Below are positions 9,501-18,700 of a stretch of 64,000 bases of DNA, piece after piece (the stretch's first letter is position 1; the number at the start of each line of letters is the position of its first letter). The stretch is from a virus: IMG/VR virus record IMGVR_UViG_3300027749_000060, positions 1-64,000 of that record; one strand, written 5' to 3'. The translations under genes and the position numbers were made by a program. The notes beneath the pieces were generated by a model. It had not been told where the DNA came from. It made no database searches and saw only the letters and a program-made list of their open reading frames with translations.

Positions 9501-10846
9501 AATGCAGCAGACGGTATTAAATTTTTCCCATCACTGCCACTGAATCCACCTTGATCGTCGTCGCCCGGGCCGCCACCAGCTCCGCCAAACAGTCCCCCGC
9601 CGCCACCGCCGCCACCAGCTCCAATGTATTGACTAGTATATCCGCTGCCGCCACTATTACTATCTGACATGTACCAAACATCTTGTTCTTTTCCTGGTCC
9701 TAATCCTGCATTGCCTCCACCACCACCTCCGCCACCACCTGCGGCAATTATTTTAATATTATTATTAATCAGTAATACTGATGCGCCACCACCGCCACCT
9801 CCAGTTCCGGCAACTGTTTGTGGGCCGCTACCACCACCCACTCCTCCGGCTAATCCAGAAATTGGAACAAATAAATTATATGCCATAACATATAAATTAC
9901 TATCGTCAGTTGCAATCCCTTTATATTGCCCGGGGCGAAACAATCCACGAGCAGGCGGAACAGTATCTGAAAATCTAATAATTCCATTTACTACAATTAT
10001 CCATTGCACGGCATTATACGGGTCTTGACTTGCTTCTGAATGTTTAGCAAACCAGCCGTTGCCGTCGGGTAACAATTCAGGATTGGCAGTTACAGTTGCT
10101 AGTAAATTTGAAAAATAACTTGCACCGGTACCCAAACCGCCTGTGCCGCCTACTCTGTTAATTCCAGTGCTTCCTTCTTTGCCGCCGCCGCCTATATAAA
10201 CTTTTAATTTGTCCCCGGGATTTACAGGTAATGTACCAGACACAATCTGGCCCGGATATCCGGGGTATCCTAGATATAGGCCATCGCCACCTTTGCCTCC
10301 GCCTGCACCTGTAATTGTCACTTGTAATTGATAAACCTTGGCAGGTACTGTCCAATCATAACTACCCGATCCTGTTCTATATAAAGAATCTGCTACACCA
10401 AAATCTGTAAGTTGAGTAGTTCCTTTATTTGTCAGATATAAAATTGTTCCGTCTTTGACTCTGGCAGTAGTAACAGTATAATTAATTGTATCCCCTTCAT
10501 TAATTGATGTTCTATCTGGCACAATACTATATGTAGGAGGATCAAGTATTTCAATTATTTTAACAACCGGCGGTGATGTTCCTGTTAATGTCACAGTTAA
10601 GGGTTCAGCTGGCTCTGGCAGAAAATCGGATCTAACATTTATTACTAATTGTAAGTAGCCAGGCTCGACTGGGCCAACAATAAAATTACCGCTTAAACTA
10701 GTGGGCAATTGTCCATTTATAGCATCTATGTCTGTCAGTGTGATGCCAGCGCCAGAGATTACATATGGTATAATTGACCCATCGGGTTTATTAGTTTTTA
10801 ATGTAACTATTACATTTTTTCCATTTTCAAAAACTTGGTAAGCCAA
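6536..10846 (-). CDS. Large multidomain virion protein (repeated Calx-beta/Ig-like units, Gly-rich domain, LamG/ConA-like lectin domain)
   Basis: Repeats of S(I/V)(N/V)EG(D/S)(T/S)(I/V)xYx(V/I)xTxxVxxxTxLY; poly-Gly tracts; GNFTIEWW...WEHWAVVRNG...YISNLRIVKGVAVY is a LamG-like signature. Start moved to TTG at 10846 because GGAG lies 6 nt upstream of it. Confidence 0.8.
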   Translation of the reverse strand: MAYQVFENGKNVIVTLKTNKPDGSIIPYVISGAGITLTDIDAINGQLPTSLSGNFIVGPVEPGYLQLVINVRSDFLPEPAEPLTVTLTGTSPPVVKIIEILDPPTYSIVPDRTSINEGDTINYTVTTARVKDGTILYLTNKGTTQLTDFGVADSLYRTGSGSYDWTVPAKVYQLQVTITGAGGGKGGDGLYLGYPGYPGQIVSGTLPVNPGDKLKVYIGGGGKEGSTGINRVGGTGGLGTGASYFSNLLATVTANPELLPDGNGWFAKHSEASQDPYNAVQWIIVVNGIIRFSDTVPPARGLFRPGQYKGIATDDSNLYVMAYNLFVPISGLAGGVGGGSGPQTVAGTGGGGGGASVLLINNNIKIIAAGGGGGGGGGNAGLGPGKEQDVWYMSDSNSGGSGYTSQYIGAGGGGGGGGLFGGAGGGPGDDDQGGFSGSDGKNLIPSAALNFSQDYSDNGGQAGGIAVSIPGGSLSFNNHSYYLSIPYSQAFEFDTGNFTIEWWWYLLEPFTNYSGPGIGQKVDNTTNGWVIYRDPLNNSDKLTIRLGLTTDYPTTVSPTSSAWEHWAVVRNGTTLSWYCNGVVCGEYTNVDTDIFSAAAFSGQKPDMYIGYAAYWGYYIHNSYISNLRIVKGVAVYTGNFTRPTGPLTATQGANPYGGGNTQSITLPTSTSLLLISQTSLLYLADSSVNNFSVNNLNNNGTVDYDINTPVSYSSIGNTNEFGAGGSGSVAFKWTVATANQDTITIVNNLATFTRIATIDKLTEGPEKLKMELRTKSLNGPVVANANTVIVNDTSKTVIKCSITPSVTLVVEGSSVTYRVDTTNVIDGTALYWSNVGTAAGDDFDDSENAGIVVIVNNTSTFTKTISKNYRPIRSIILKVRIDNSVNGLIVAVSKSVTIADNVIMAPPIYSVFPVESDRGSNLLNWWWANRNGLVRSTSTTNLFNQNDINAYAIADSYPGDDYQVTKYDKFDSSPIVHSATFKFKQGYETDQFLIANSVAVWTVVTWVTSHTAFDLPAWVVEPRFDTQDYERKYQSPGHILKINQVVGANPPTEMFASWRWADWDKNKKLYLNMLAVSIVIPGRWEPSYYKPQPKSNTGTGIAQQKFKYDIGVGSLSIFLGEGNSSTSIFNNENKTKTTPSIRGGYHQEYNGGYYIDVNMLGRIVPISYYSGDIISILASGQVIENPVGLFSQGHGLVINLSERNGGTLISSINEGDSVTYVIKTINVPNNTMLYWSNDGTTNSGDFSNQINSGSVIVQNGQASFNMTLYNDKLKEGTETIKINIRTQGEAGPIVATSATLLVNDSSQPTGKWTIVWESVSGDLYNSVYGNPFSLPIATDSFTKELKAGSVSYDCLVRNMFLLNINNPGQTVVYKLLVVSPANSSDTMAIDPTTGSVTGFCEGGHTIKISALYENADYFESTITLPKSLTVSMNFNP

Positions 10847-10861
10847 TTTTAACTCCAATTC

Positions 10862-13800
10862 TTATATTATAGGACCATTAATTATATTAACTTCAAGTTC
10901 GTATATGTAACTTATTGATCCAATTACATTTATATAAACACTTTTAGGTGGTCCCATTTGTCCAGTTTGGGTTAATAATGTATATGTAAAAGTATCCAAT
11001 CCTTCGTAGTCAGGAAATGGTACATATGCAAAGTTTCGTCTATCAACTGTTATTCTAACATATCCGTGCTGCGGTTGAGATAATACTATAGGTTCTGAAT
11101 ACTTACCAGGTCCTACTCGTTGCATAATATGTGTATTATACAATTTTAAATTATTAGTATCTGTTGCAGTTTTAACCACTGGGGTTGCAAGAGGTCCAGT
11201 GCTTTTAACAGGAATAGGAGAATTGCCAGCTGGTTGCGTCATCCAAGATACAGGAGCAGTGGGTGCTCCTTGTGCCCATCTACTATGAGCAAAAGTCTGT
11301 TTAAAAGTATCGTAACTTTGTATATTTTGTATAGGTATAACCAATGCGTTATCTGAAATATCTGCTACTGTATCTGAGATAATTGTAACTATTCCAGATA
11401 ATGGTTTACTAAAGACAATTGTGTTGTTACTTTTAAAATTATAAGTATCAAATTTTGTTTCATGATTATCTGTACTATATTTTGAATTTATTAACCTTGT
11501 ACCATTTATAGGTGGTACATTTTTTATCATGTCATAAAATGGTGCATTAATAGGTAAAACTGCTCCATTTGAATCTATTCTATTAGGACTTGGAGGATAT
11601 ATGTCAACTACAAAAGGTGTTCCGTTTTGAGCAATGTCAAAGTTTATTTCGCAATATGTATCGTACATATCGCATAGTTTTTCTTTGCCGTATTCGTCTA
11701 TATTTTTAAGATTAACGGCATTTCTAGTATTCCATATAGTCGATCCTGAGGTAGTTCTAATAGATGCTGCAACACCTTTTGCTACTATGTCCTGTGGGTT
11801 TTTAACTCCACTAGAATTCCATATTACATCATTATGATAATCTGTTATACTTGCTGCTAGTGCTGCCGAACTGCCAGTGGTATCTGCTATAATTTTAATT
11901 ATGTAGTCTCCCTGAAAGAGAAATTTTTCTACTGTAAATATATTAGTAAAATTAATTGTTTTCGAAGTTTGATTGGTTTCTACTACCAATTCAAAAGTAG
12001 CATTAAATTCGTTAGGGGCCAGATATAAACTTCCTATATCATCCACCGATAAATTAAATTTATATTTGCCAGAGTTGTATATAGTAACATACCATCTATA
12101 CTCGCCGGAGCCGTCCCATACTCCAAAACTATTAATTAATGTAGACCATTGCCCATTTATTGTTGTAGGTGCTGGGTAATATTCTGGTGCTTTGATTAAA
12201 CTATTTGCAGATTCTGCATAAATTTTTATGTCATACCATCCTGGATCTTCTATTGTATATGTAGTAGTTTCGACATTTTTATAATTTTCTACAGGTGAGC
12301 CGGTTGTGGCCATAATTTTTTTAAGATCAGGATCCGACCTAATTCCAATGTTTGATTTTAATTGTAAATTAGCAGAGGTGTCAGCTGACAGAGAAAATAC
12401 ATAGTCATCTGCCTTAGGAAAAAATACTTCCCATTCATAATATTTTTTTGACCAATTTAAATTAGTAACAGACTGATCAATTGAAAATGTGACATCGTTC
12501 ATCCCTTGCAATGAATCACCCACACCAAATACCAAAATAGAAGTACTAGTAAAAGATTCGGGCACTGTAAATAGTCCCGATTGTGTGTCGTGGTTGCGAC
12601 TAATATATGTAACATCTTGCAACAGGTCACTAATACTAGGTTCCGTTCCGTCAACAATGTCTACTCTAGGATGATAAAATTGCAATCGTGTTGCGCTGTC
12701 ATTGCAATAATACAAATAAGTTCTATGTATTCCTTGTGTGGAATTGAGTCCCCATTTTATATCACCGGTGCCGATGGTGCCGCCGTTGTTATCACCAACT
12801 TTTCCTGCTGTGGTATAATACCCAGAATCTGGATGTTTACCAGTTGATGTAGTTGTTGCAGGATATACATGCCCTACAAAAAGGTACCATTGATTTTGTG
12901 TTAATTGAGACGTTAATCTATAGTCCCAATAAGGATTAAGTTCTGCATCTCCAGTATCCATACGGCATGCACCGCCATTATTACCATACATACCTAAATA
13001 AAAATAACCCCCAGCGGCAGTAGAAGTGCGCTTAACCCATACAGAAAACCTATACATTTTAGTATTATCGATGTCAAACCACGGTGTATTCCACCCTCCG
13101 TCAGCCTGATTGTCAGACGTTGGTCTTGCCTCCCATACTACGTCAGTTTTAGACCATGGATTACTGCCAAGAACACGTTCATTTTCATTTACGTTTCCAT
13201 TATGAGTATAACCGGTTATTGAACCAGAGCCAACGTACCATTCGTTGTATTTTATAATTGATGTAGTATCTCTACCTGCATAATTATTATGGTATAATAC
13301 CCCTGCCATTGGGATGGAAGGAATTTCTGCTACATTCCATATCCAATAACCAATAGTATAATTAAATTCCACAGTAAATTCACTTGACCAATTTACAATA
13401 TCGCCATATTCAACTTTTCGTATATTGCTAAGTGATGTTTGTATTCCAAAATTTAAAAGATCAGTAGCCGATACATCGTACCCAACTAATATCATATCTT
13501 CAGTGGATGCTGCTCCAACATTTATTGTAAGATTTTTAAGTAACGGAACTACCCCTATGTCATAATAAATTGATTGTACAGCTCCTAACGCATTGGGTAA
13601 ATTCATATATGAAAAAATATCCCCTTGAGCTCTAGCTTCGTCCCATATCCTGATATCAAAAATATAAGCATACAGTTGATTAGCTGGAGTTGCATCACCT
13701 TCTTTATTACCCAATGTAACAGGGCTAGTACTAGGTTGGGCAGTCCTATTTAAATAGAGAGTTAAATTATTTTGTATTCTAGGTGTTCCGTTTACATATA

Positions 13801-15760
13801 AAAGAATTTGTGTTCCGTTAACTACTACTGCTACGTGTGTTAACACAGTTAAAGGAATTATTACTGTAGTAAATATTCGACCGTTACCGCCAGCAAGAGA
13901 TATGTCTGTTCCCTGGTTCCAATCTGTTGCAATTGACATTGTTCCATCTTGTTCAATAAAAATTTCATATTCGGTGTTTTTGGATATCACTATGCCGCCA
14001 CGATTAGCAGTGGTACGATATATCCAAAACTCAATAGTATAATTACTTGGTGCATAAAATGACAAATTATATTTAGGCATACTGTCAATTGATATGTACC
14101 CTATTTTATTATTATCTCCAAATAGCATTGCAGGAAGAACCAACGTTGGATCTGGCACTGTTGAAAGTGTCACAGATCCTATTTTAGTTATTGTTGATGT
14201 AGGGGCTATAGTATCTAATATTTCTGAAACCAGTGAATTAACAATAATTCTTGCCAATAATTTTGACATAGTAGGTTGCAAAACTAGTGTACCTTTTGCA
14301 ACACCTACATTTGTTTTTGATCCAGCTAAGATTGTTGTTTTAGTTACAGCCGTGCTTGTTACCAATCCAGATATATTATCATCCCATATACCATATGCAT
14401 TTAACAACGAAGACCATTGATATTTTGGATTAGTAAATGGATACGTAACCAAAAACTCATTGGGTTTCAATCCTAGTATTGGTTTAGCAGTTGTTGGGTA
14501 TCCGTCAATACATCCGTTATATGCTTCAATCCCGTTACCTTTTCCGCAGCCAGGAATTCCCACTAAGGTATATGCTGATCTAAATTTAAATAGTGCAGAC
14601 CCAAAAATTGTTTCACTTGCCCCACACCTATACATTGCCTCAGTTAACTCAACAGTAAGTCTATTCTTTTTTGGTTCGTCGGATGTTGTTACTACTACTA
14701 TATAATCGCTAGATGTAGAATTTAATGCTTTGGCAAGATTCTTTGCTTCCGCTGGATTACCGTATACATCAAAATTTTTATTAAAAATTACTTTGCCGTC
14801 TGTGCGTCTGATTCGACATAAATTATAACTACGTTGCGTATAAAAAAACGCTACATCTTTTTTTGAATCCCAGAGACCGGCATCTAATTTTCCGTAAATA
14901 TCCAATGCCCCGCGTGATACAGCTCTAAAAGAAAGATTGTCTCTGTAATATACCTCTACCCATCTATGAGATCGAGGAACAAACGATAACTCAATTAATT
15001 TTTGATTATCTAATAGAAATTTCTCTTGGTAGTCTTTTCTATACCATTTATAGGGTACATACTGTGATCCGTATTTTCTTATAATTGCAGAATTTATTTT
15101 GCTGGTTAAACACAGATCCACTAATTTATAATAACCCAATTGTCTAGGATGTATACCGTCAGGAAGTTCATTTAACCAATTTGGCATTCTATTAGCATCT
15201 GCAACTACATCTTTATACTTTGCTGCAACTTCGCGCATAACTTCTGCATAAGGATTAGTATCCCAAAATTTAGTTATAGTTGGTGTTTGCCAGATCATTA
15301 TTTGATCTGGTTTTAATCCGTTTCGTAATGAAATTAAATTATGTCTGTATTCGGTCAATGATACATTTTGTTTAGCATCATTTAGACCGTGATTTATGAT
15401 TACAATATTTGCTTGTATAACGTCCGGCCATACTTCATTTACTCCATCTTTTCCGTACAACAATTCTCCACTGGTACTATTTCCTTGGGATCTGGTAGTG
15501 ACTATAAGTTTATGCTGTGGCATTAATAAAGTTAACAGTCTAGCCGGCGGTTCTGGCACTCTAGCAGTAATTTGATCATTTTTACTACAAACTCCTAATA
15601 AAGGAACAAGTTCGTCAGGGTCTCGGCCGCACATAATGCTATCACCAAATAACTCTATATGTATGTAATCGTTGGCCACAGACGATACCGACTTAGTATT
15701 CATTGCTATGTCTTTTGTATTGGGAACAATTACAATCTGATTTGATATTAGAGCAGCCAT
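10862..15760 (-). CDS. Large multidomain virion protein with SGNH/GDSL hydrolase, ILEI/GG-type lectin-like, LamG-like and C-terminal Ig/cadherin-like domains
   Basis: GDS (FGDSIM), GxND (HGLND) and DxxH (DGIHP) blocks; FDVYG...IVVVTTSDEP...FRSAYTLVG; YTIEFWI...THVAVV...DIRIWDEAR; QPQHG...YVPFPDYEGLDTFTYTL. Confidence 0.8.
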   Translation of the reverse strand: MAALISNQIVIVPNTKDIAMNTKSVSSVANDYIHIELFGDSIMCGRDPDELVPLLGVCSKNDQITARVPEPPARLLTLLMPQHKLIVTTRSQGNSTSGELLYGKDGVNEVWPDVIQANIVIINHGLNDAKQNVSLTEYRHNLISLRNGLKPDQIMIWQTPTITKFWDTNPYAEVMREVAAKYKDVVADANRMPNWLNELPDGIHPRQLGYYKLVDLCLTSKINSAIIRKYGSQYVPYKWYRKDYQEKFLLDNQKLIELSFVPRSHRWVEVYYRDNLSFRAVSRGALDIYGKLDAGLWDSKKDVAFFYTQRSYNLCRIRRTDGKVIFNKNFDVYGNPAEAKNLAKALNSTSSDYIVVVTTSDEPKKNRLTVELTEAMYRCGASETIFGSALFKFRSAYTLVGIPGCGKGNGIEAYNGCIDGYPTTAKPILGLKPNEFLVTYPFTNPKYQWSSLLNAYGIWDDNISGLVTSTAVTKTTILAGSKTNVGVAKGTLVLQPTMSKLLARIIVNSLVSEILDTIAPTSTITKIGSVTLSTVPDPTLVLPAMLFGDNNKIGYISIDSMPKYNLSFYAPSNYTIEFWIYRTTANRGGIVISKNTEYEIFIEQDGTMSIATDWNQGTDISLAGGNGRIFTTVIIPLTVLTHVAVVVNGTQILLYVNGTPRIQNNLTLYLNRTAQPSTSPVTLGNKEGDATPANQLYAYIFDIRIWDEARAQGDIFSYMNLPNALGAVQSIYYDIGVVPLLKNLTINVGAASTEDMILVGYDVSATDLLNFGIQTSLSNIRKVEYGDIVNWSSEFTVEFNYTIGYWIWNVAEIPSIPMAGVLYHNNYAGRDTTSIIKYNEWYVGSGSITGYTHNGNVNENERVLGSNPWSKTDVVWEARPTSDNQADGGWNTPWFDIDNTKMYRFSVWVKRTSTAAGGYFYLGMYGNNGGACRMDTGDAELNPYWDYRLTSQLTQNQWYLFVGHVYPATTTSTGKHPDSGYYTTAGKVGDNNGGTIGTGDIKWGLNSTQGIHRTYLYYCNDSATRLQFYHPRVDIVDGTEPSISDLLQDVTYISRNHDTQSGLFTVPESFTSTSILVFGVGDSLQGMNDVTFSIDQSVTNLNWSKKYYEWEVFFPKADDYVFSLSADTSANLQLKSNIGIRSDPDLKKIMATTGSPVENYKNVETTTYTIEDPGWYDIKIYAESANSLIKAPEYYPAPTTINGQWSTLINSFGVWDGSGEYRWYVTIYNSGKYKFNLSVDDIGSLYLAPNEFNATFELVVETNQTSKTINFTNIFTVEKFLFQGDYIIKIIADTTGSSAALAASITDYHNDVIWNSSGVKNPQDIVAKGVAASIRTTSGSTIWNTRNAVNLKNIDEYGKEKLCDMYDTYCEINFDIAQNGTPFVVDIYPPSPNRIDSNGAVLPINAPFYDMIKNVPPINGTRLINSKYSTDNHETKFDTYNFKSNNTIVFSKPLSGIVTIISDTVADISDNALVIPIQNIQSYDTFKQTFAHSRWAQGAPTAPVSWMTQPAGNSPIPVKSTGPLATPVVKTATDTNNLKLYNTHIMQRVGPGKYSEPIVLSQPQHGYVRITVDRRNFAYVPFPDYEGLDTFTYTLLTQTGQMGPPKSVYINVIGSISYIYELEVNIINGPII

Positions 15761-15761
15761 A

Positions 15762-18700
15762 TTATCCTCCGCTTATATACCATGATGTTGGGAATAATCT
15801 ACCTTTTTTAGGTATGCAGAAATGTCGTGTGTCAAAATATACACGGTAATTCCAATAATCTGTTCCAACTTTTACTACATCAGCAGCATAGTATTTACCC
15901 GCTTCTATAGAAGCATCGTAGCGTGTTCTGTAGGCCGCAGATACATATTTGTATTCTCTGCTAAATGGTTTCCCAATTGGGCCAGTGGCCGGATCAATGT
16001 ATTTTGTAGTGTCTCCTACATTTCCAATAGCATATATTTTTATATATGTATAAAACGAAGATACTTGATCTAGCTCTTTAGTAGTATACATTATTTGCGC
16101 TTGGAATTCACTAATTAAAGGTATCATGGTGCGACGCTCAACATCAAGTTGCGGAGGCAATTCTTTAATTATAAATGTTTCTGCTTCAAGTTGTGGTGGC
16201 AGCTCTTTAAGAGTGCTAGGTTCAATATCAAGTTGTGGTGGCAGCTCTTTAAGAGTGCTAGGTTCAATATCAAGTTGTGGTGGCAGCTCTTTAAGAGTGC
16301 TAGGTTCAATATCAAGTTGTGGTGGCAGCTCTTGTAATAAACCAGTATCAACATCAAGTTGTGGCGGCAGCTCTTGTAATAAACCGGTATCAACATCAAG
16401 TTGTGGCGGCAGCTCTTGTAATAAACCGGTATCAACCTCCATAACTGGTAACAGAATCTGACTTGGTAAATGGTCAAGATCAAATTTTGGCACCAATGGT
16501 GTGCTAAGTCTGAAAGGATCCTCGGATTCTAATATTGGATCCATTGGTCCAACTAGCTCAGATGGCATACCAGCTGCCGGTGTTAAATTATCTTGTAATA
16601 CTGTTTCTATATCCATTATAGGATATAATGTTTGACTAAACATAGCTTCATTAATTTCAGCAGCTGGTTCAATTCTACCTATATGATTTCCTTCATTGCT
16701 TTCAAGACTTGGTGCAAGATTTGTTTTTAATTCAATTGGTTGTGTAATAATAGGTATAGCATTTGCACTAAATTCTGATATAAATTGTTCAGTTACTGGT
16801 GATACCCTACCTAAAATATCAGCATCGTGCATAATTATTGGTGTTAAAAAGATAGATAAATCAACATCTGTTATTTTTTCTGGCGGCGTGTTTGAACTAA
16901 ACTCTGATGTTATATATTCAGTAGTTGCATCAATTTTATGGTATAACCCATTGGTTCTTGTTTCTTGTCTGAATGGTACATGAATTTCAGGGTATTGAAT
17001 AGAAGTATCGTTATGAGGAGTTGTCTTAGATTCAATTTGTTGCCCATCGCGTAACAAATTAAAATCATTAATTTCTTTGATAAGTTGCGTAGAATTTACT
17101 TCTTGACCAGCACTAAATGTATCATTGACATAGTAAGTTGATAACGAATAAGTTTTAGCATTACCTAAGGTATTCTCAATATAAGTAGTCATTGAATCAT
17201 TTTTAGCATTGCCTTGAGTTTGTTTATAATAAGTTGATAACGAATAAGTTTTAGCATTACCTAAGGTATTCTCAATATAAGTAGTCATTGAATCATTTTT
17301 AGCATTGCCCAATGGTGCTTCAACATAAGTTGTTAACGAATAAGTTTTAGCATTACCTAAGGTATTCTCAATATAAGTAGTCATTGAATCATTTTTAGCA
17401 TCACCCAATGGTGCTTCAACATAAGTTGTTACAGTATCGGTTTTGGCATCACCCACTGTATGTTTAAAATAGGCCGAATTAACATCTGTTGCAGCAATAA
17501 ATCCTTTATTTTCATAATATGTTGTTATAGCATCCGTCTTAGAGGCTAGTCCTTTATTCTCAAAATAACTTATTGTAGAATCAGCTTTACTTTGATAACC
17601 TCCATTTACAATGTAGGTTGTTATAGCATCTGTCTTAGAGACTAGTCCTTTATTCTCAAGATAGCTAATGCTATGAGGTAATACTGGTGTATACGAACCT
17701 ATACTAAAATAACTTATAATATGAGGTTTTGCAAAGGCTATCTGAGTTGATTTTATATAACTAAAATGTTCCATGGCATGTGGTACAGCCACAGTTGACA
17801 TTATATAAGAATATGTATTATTCAAATCAATTGGAATTTTTTTTGATTTGACTAAATTTATACCGGGTAATTTTATAGATAGTGGGGCAAGAAATCTGTT
17901 ATTACTATGAGAAATTTTAACTGTTTTAATTTTTGGTGCGTTGGTATATTTTAATTTTTCTAAGAATATTTCAGGTGCTTTAGCTTTAATGTCGGGCGAG
18001 TTTTTTATATCAACATTGGCTCTGATTTTAATTTTAATTTCATCAGTATTAAATACACTATTTGGAGCAATGTTATGTTTAGATGAATTTTCTTTAGTAA
18101 TTATCACTCCATTGGTAATAATTTTATTTTGCAATCCCCAATTTCCAATTGGTATATACACTTTACTTGATAATGTAGTATCAGTTTTAACTTGGTATAA
18201 GGTAACGTTTGAATCTAAATAGTTTACTATTGTTCTTCTAATAGAAATAATGTCAGAAGTTGATACATTGGTTGCATATTTTCCTTTATCAACATTATTG
18301 ATTATTAAATTAGCATAGGCTGTGTCTATATATAAACTAGCGCCCGAAACTGTAGTATTTGCTGTTAAGGTCAAGTTTGATGTAAAAAATACTTCACCTG
18401 CATAACTTAATGAACCGTTCAATGGATTACTTGTATATGTTATTCCCCTGGCATACGGTTCGACTAATGTTCCAAAATTAATGTAATTAAAAATTACGCC
18501 AGGACCAGTTCTGACACTAATTCTAAGTATTCTACTTGAAGTAGAAATTAATGTATCACGAACGTCGTATATACTAGCAGGAGTTAATATATTTTCAATT
18601 GTAATAATATCTCCTGCACGTAAATCAAAATAATTGCCAGATTGTAATATACCACGTATAATAGTAGTACCCCTGGTTAGAAAGTATGATTGACCAATAC

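Noticed and set aside
10844-10864. Stop-codon readthrough fusing the 1632-aa and 1440-aa ORFs (same frame, TAA GAA TTG)
   Set aside because: A GGAG lies 6 nt before an in-frame TTG at 10846, giving an independent start; TAA is the commonest stop in this window.
16145-16438. CRISPR-like array
   Set aside because: Units are contiguous 42-bp in-frame coding repeats with no unique spacers and no cas genes nearby.
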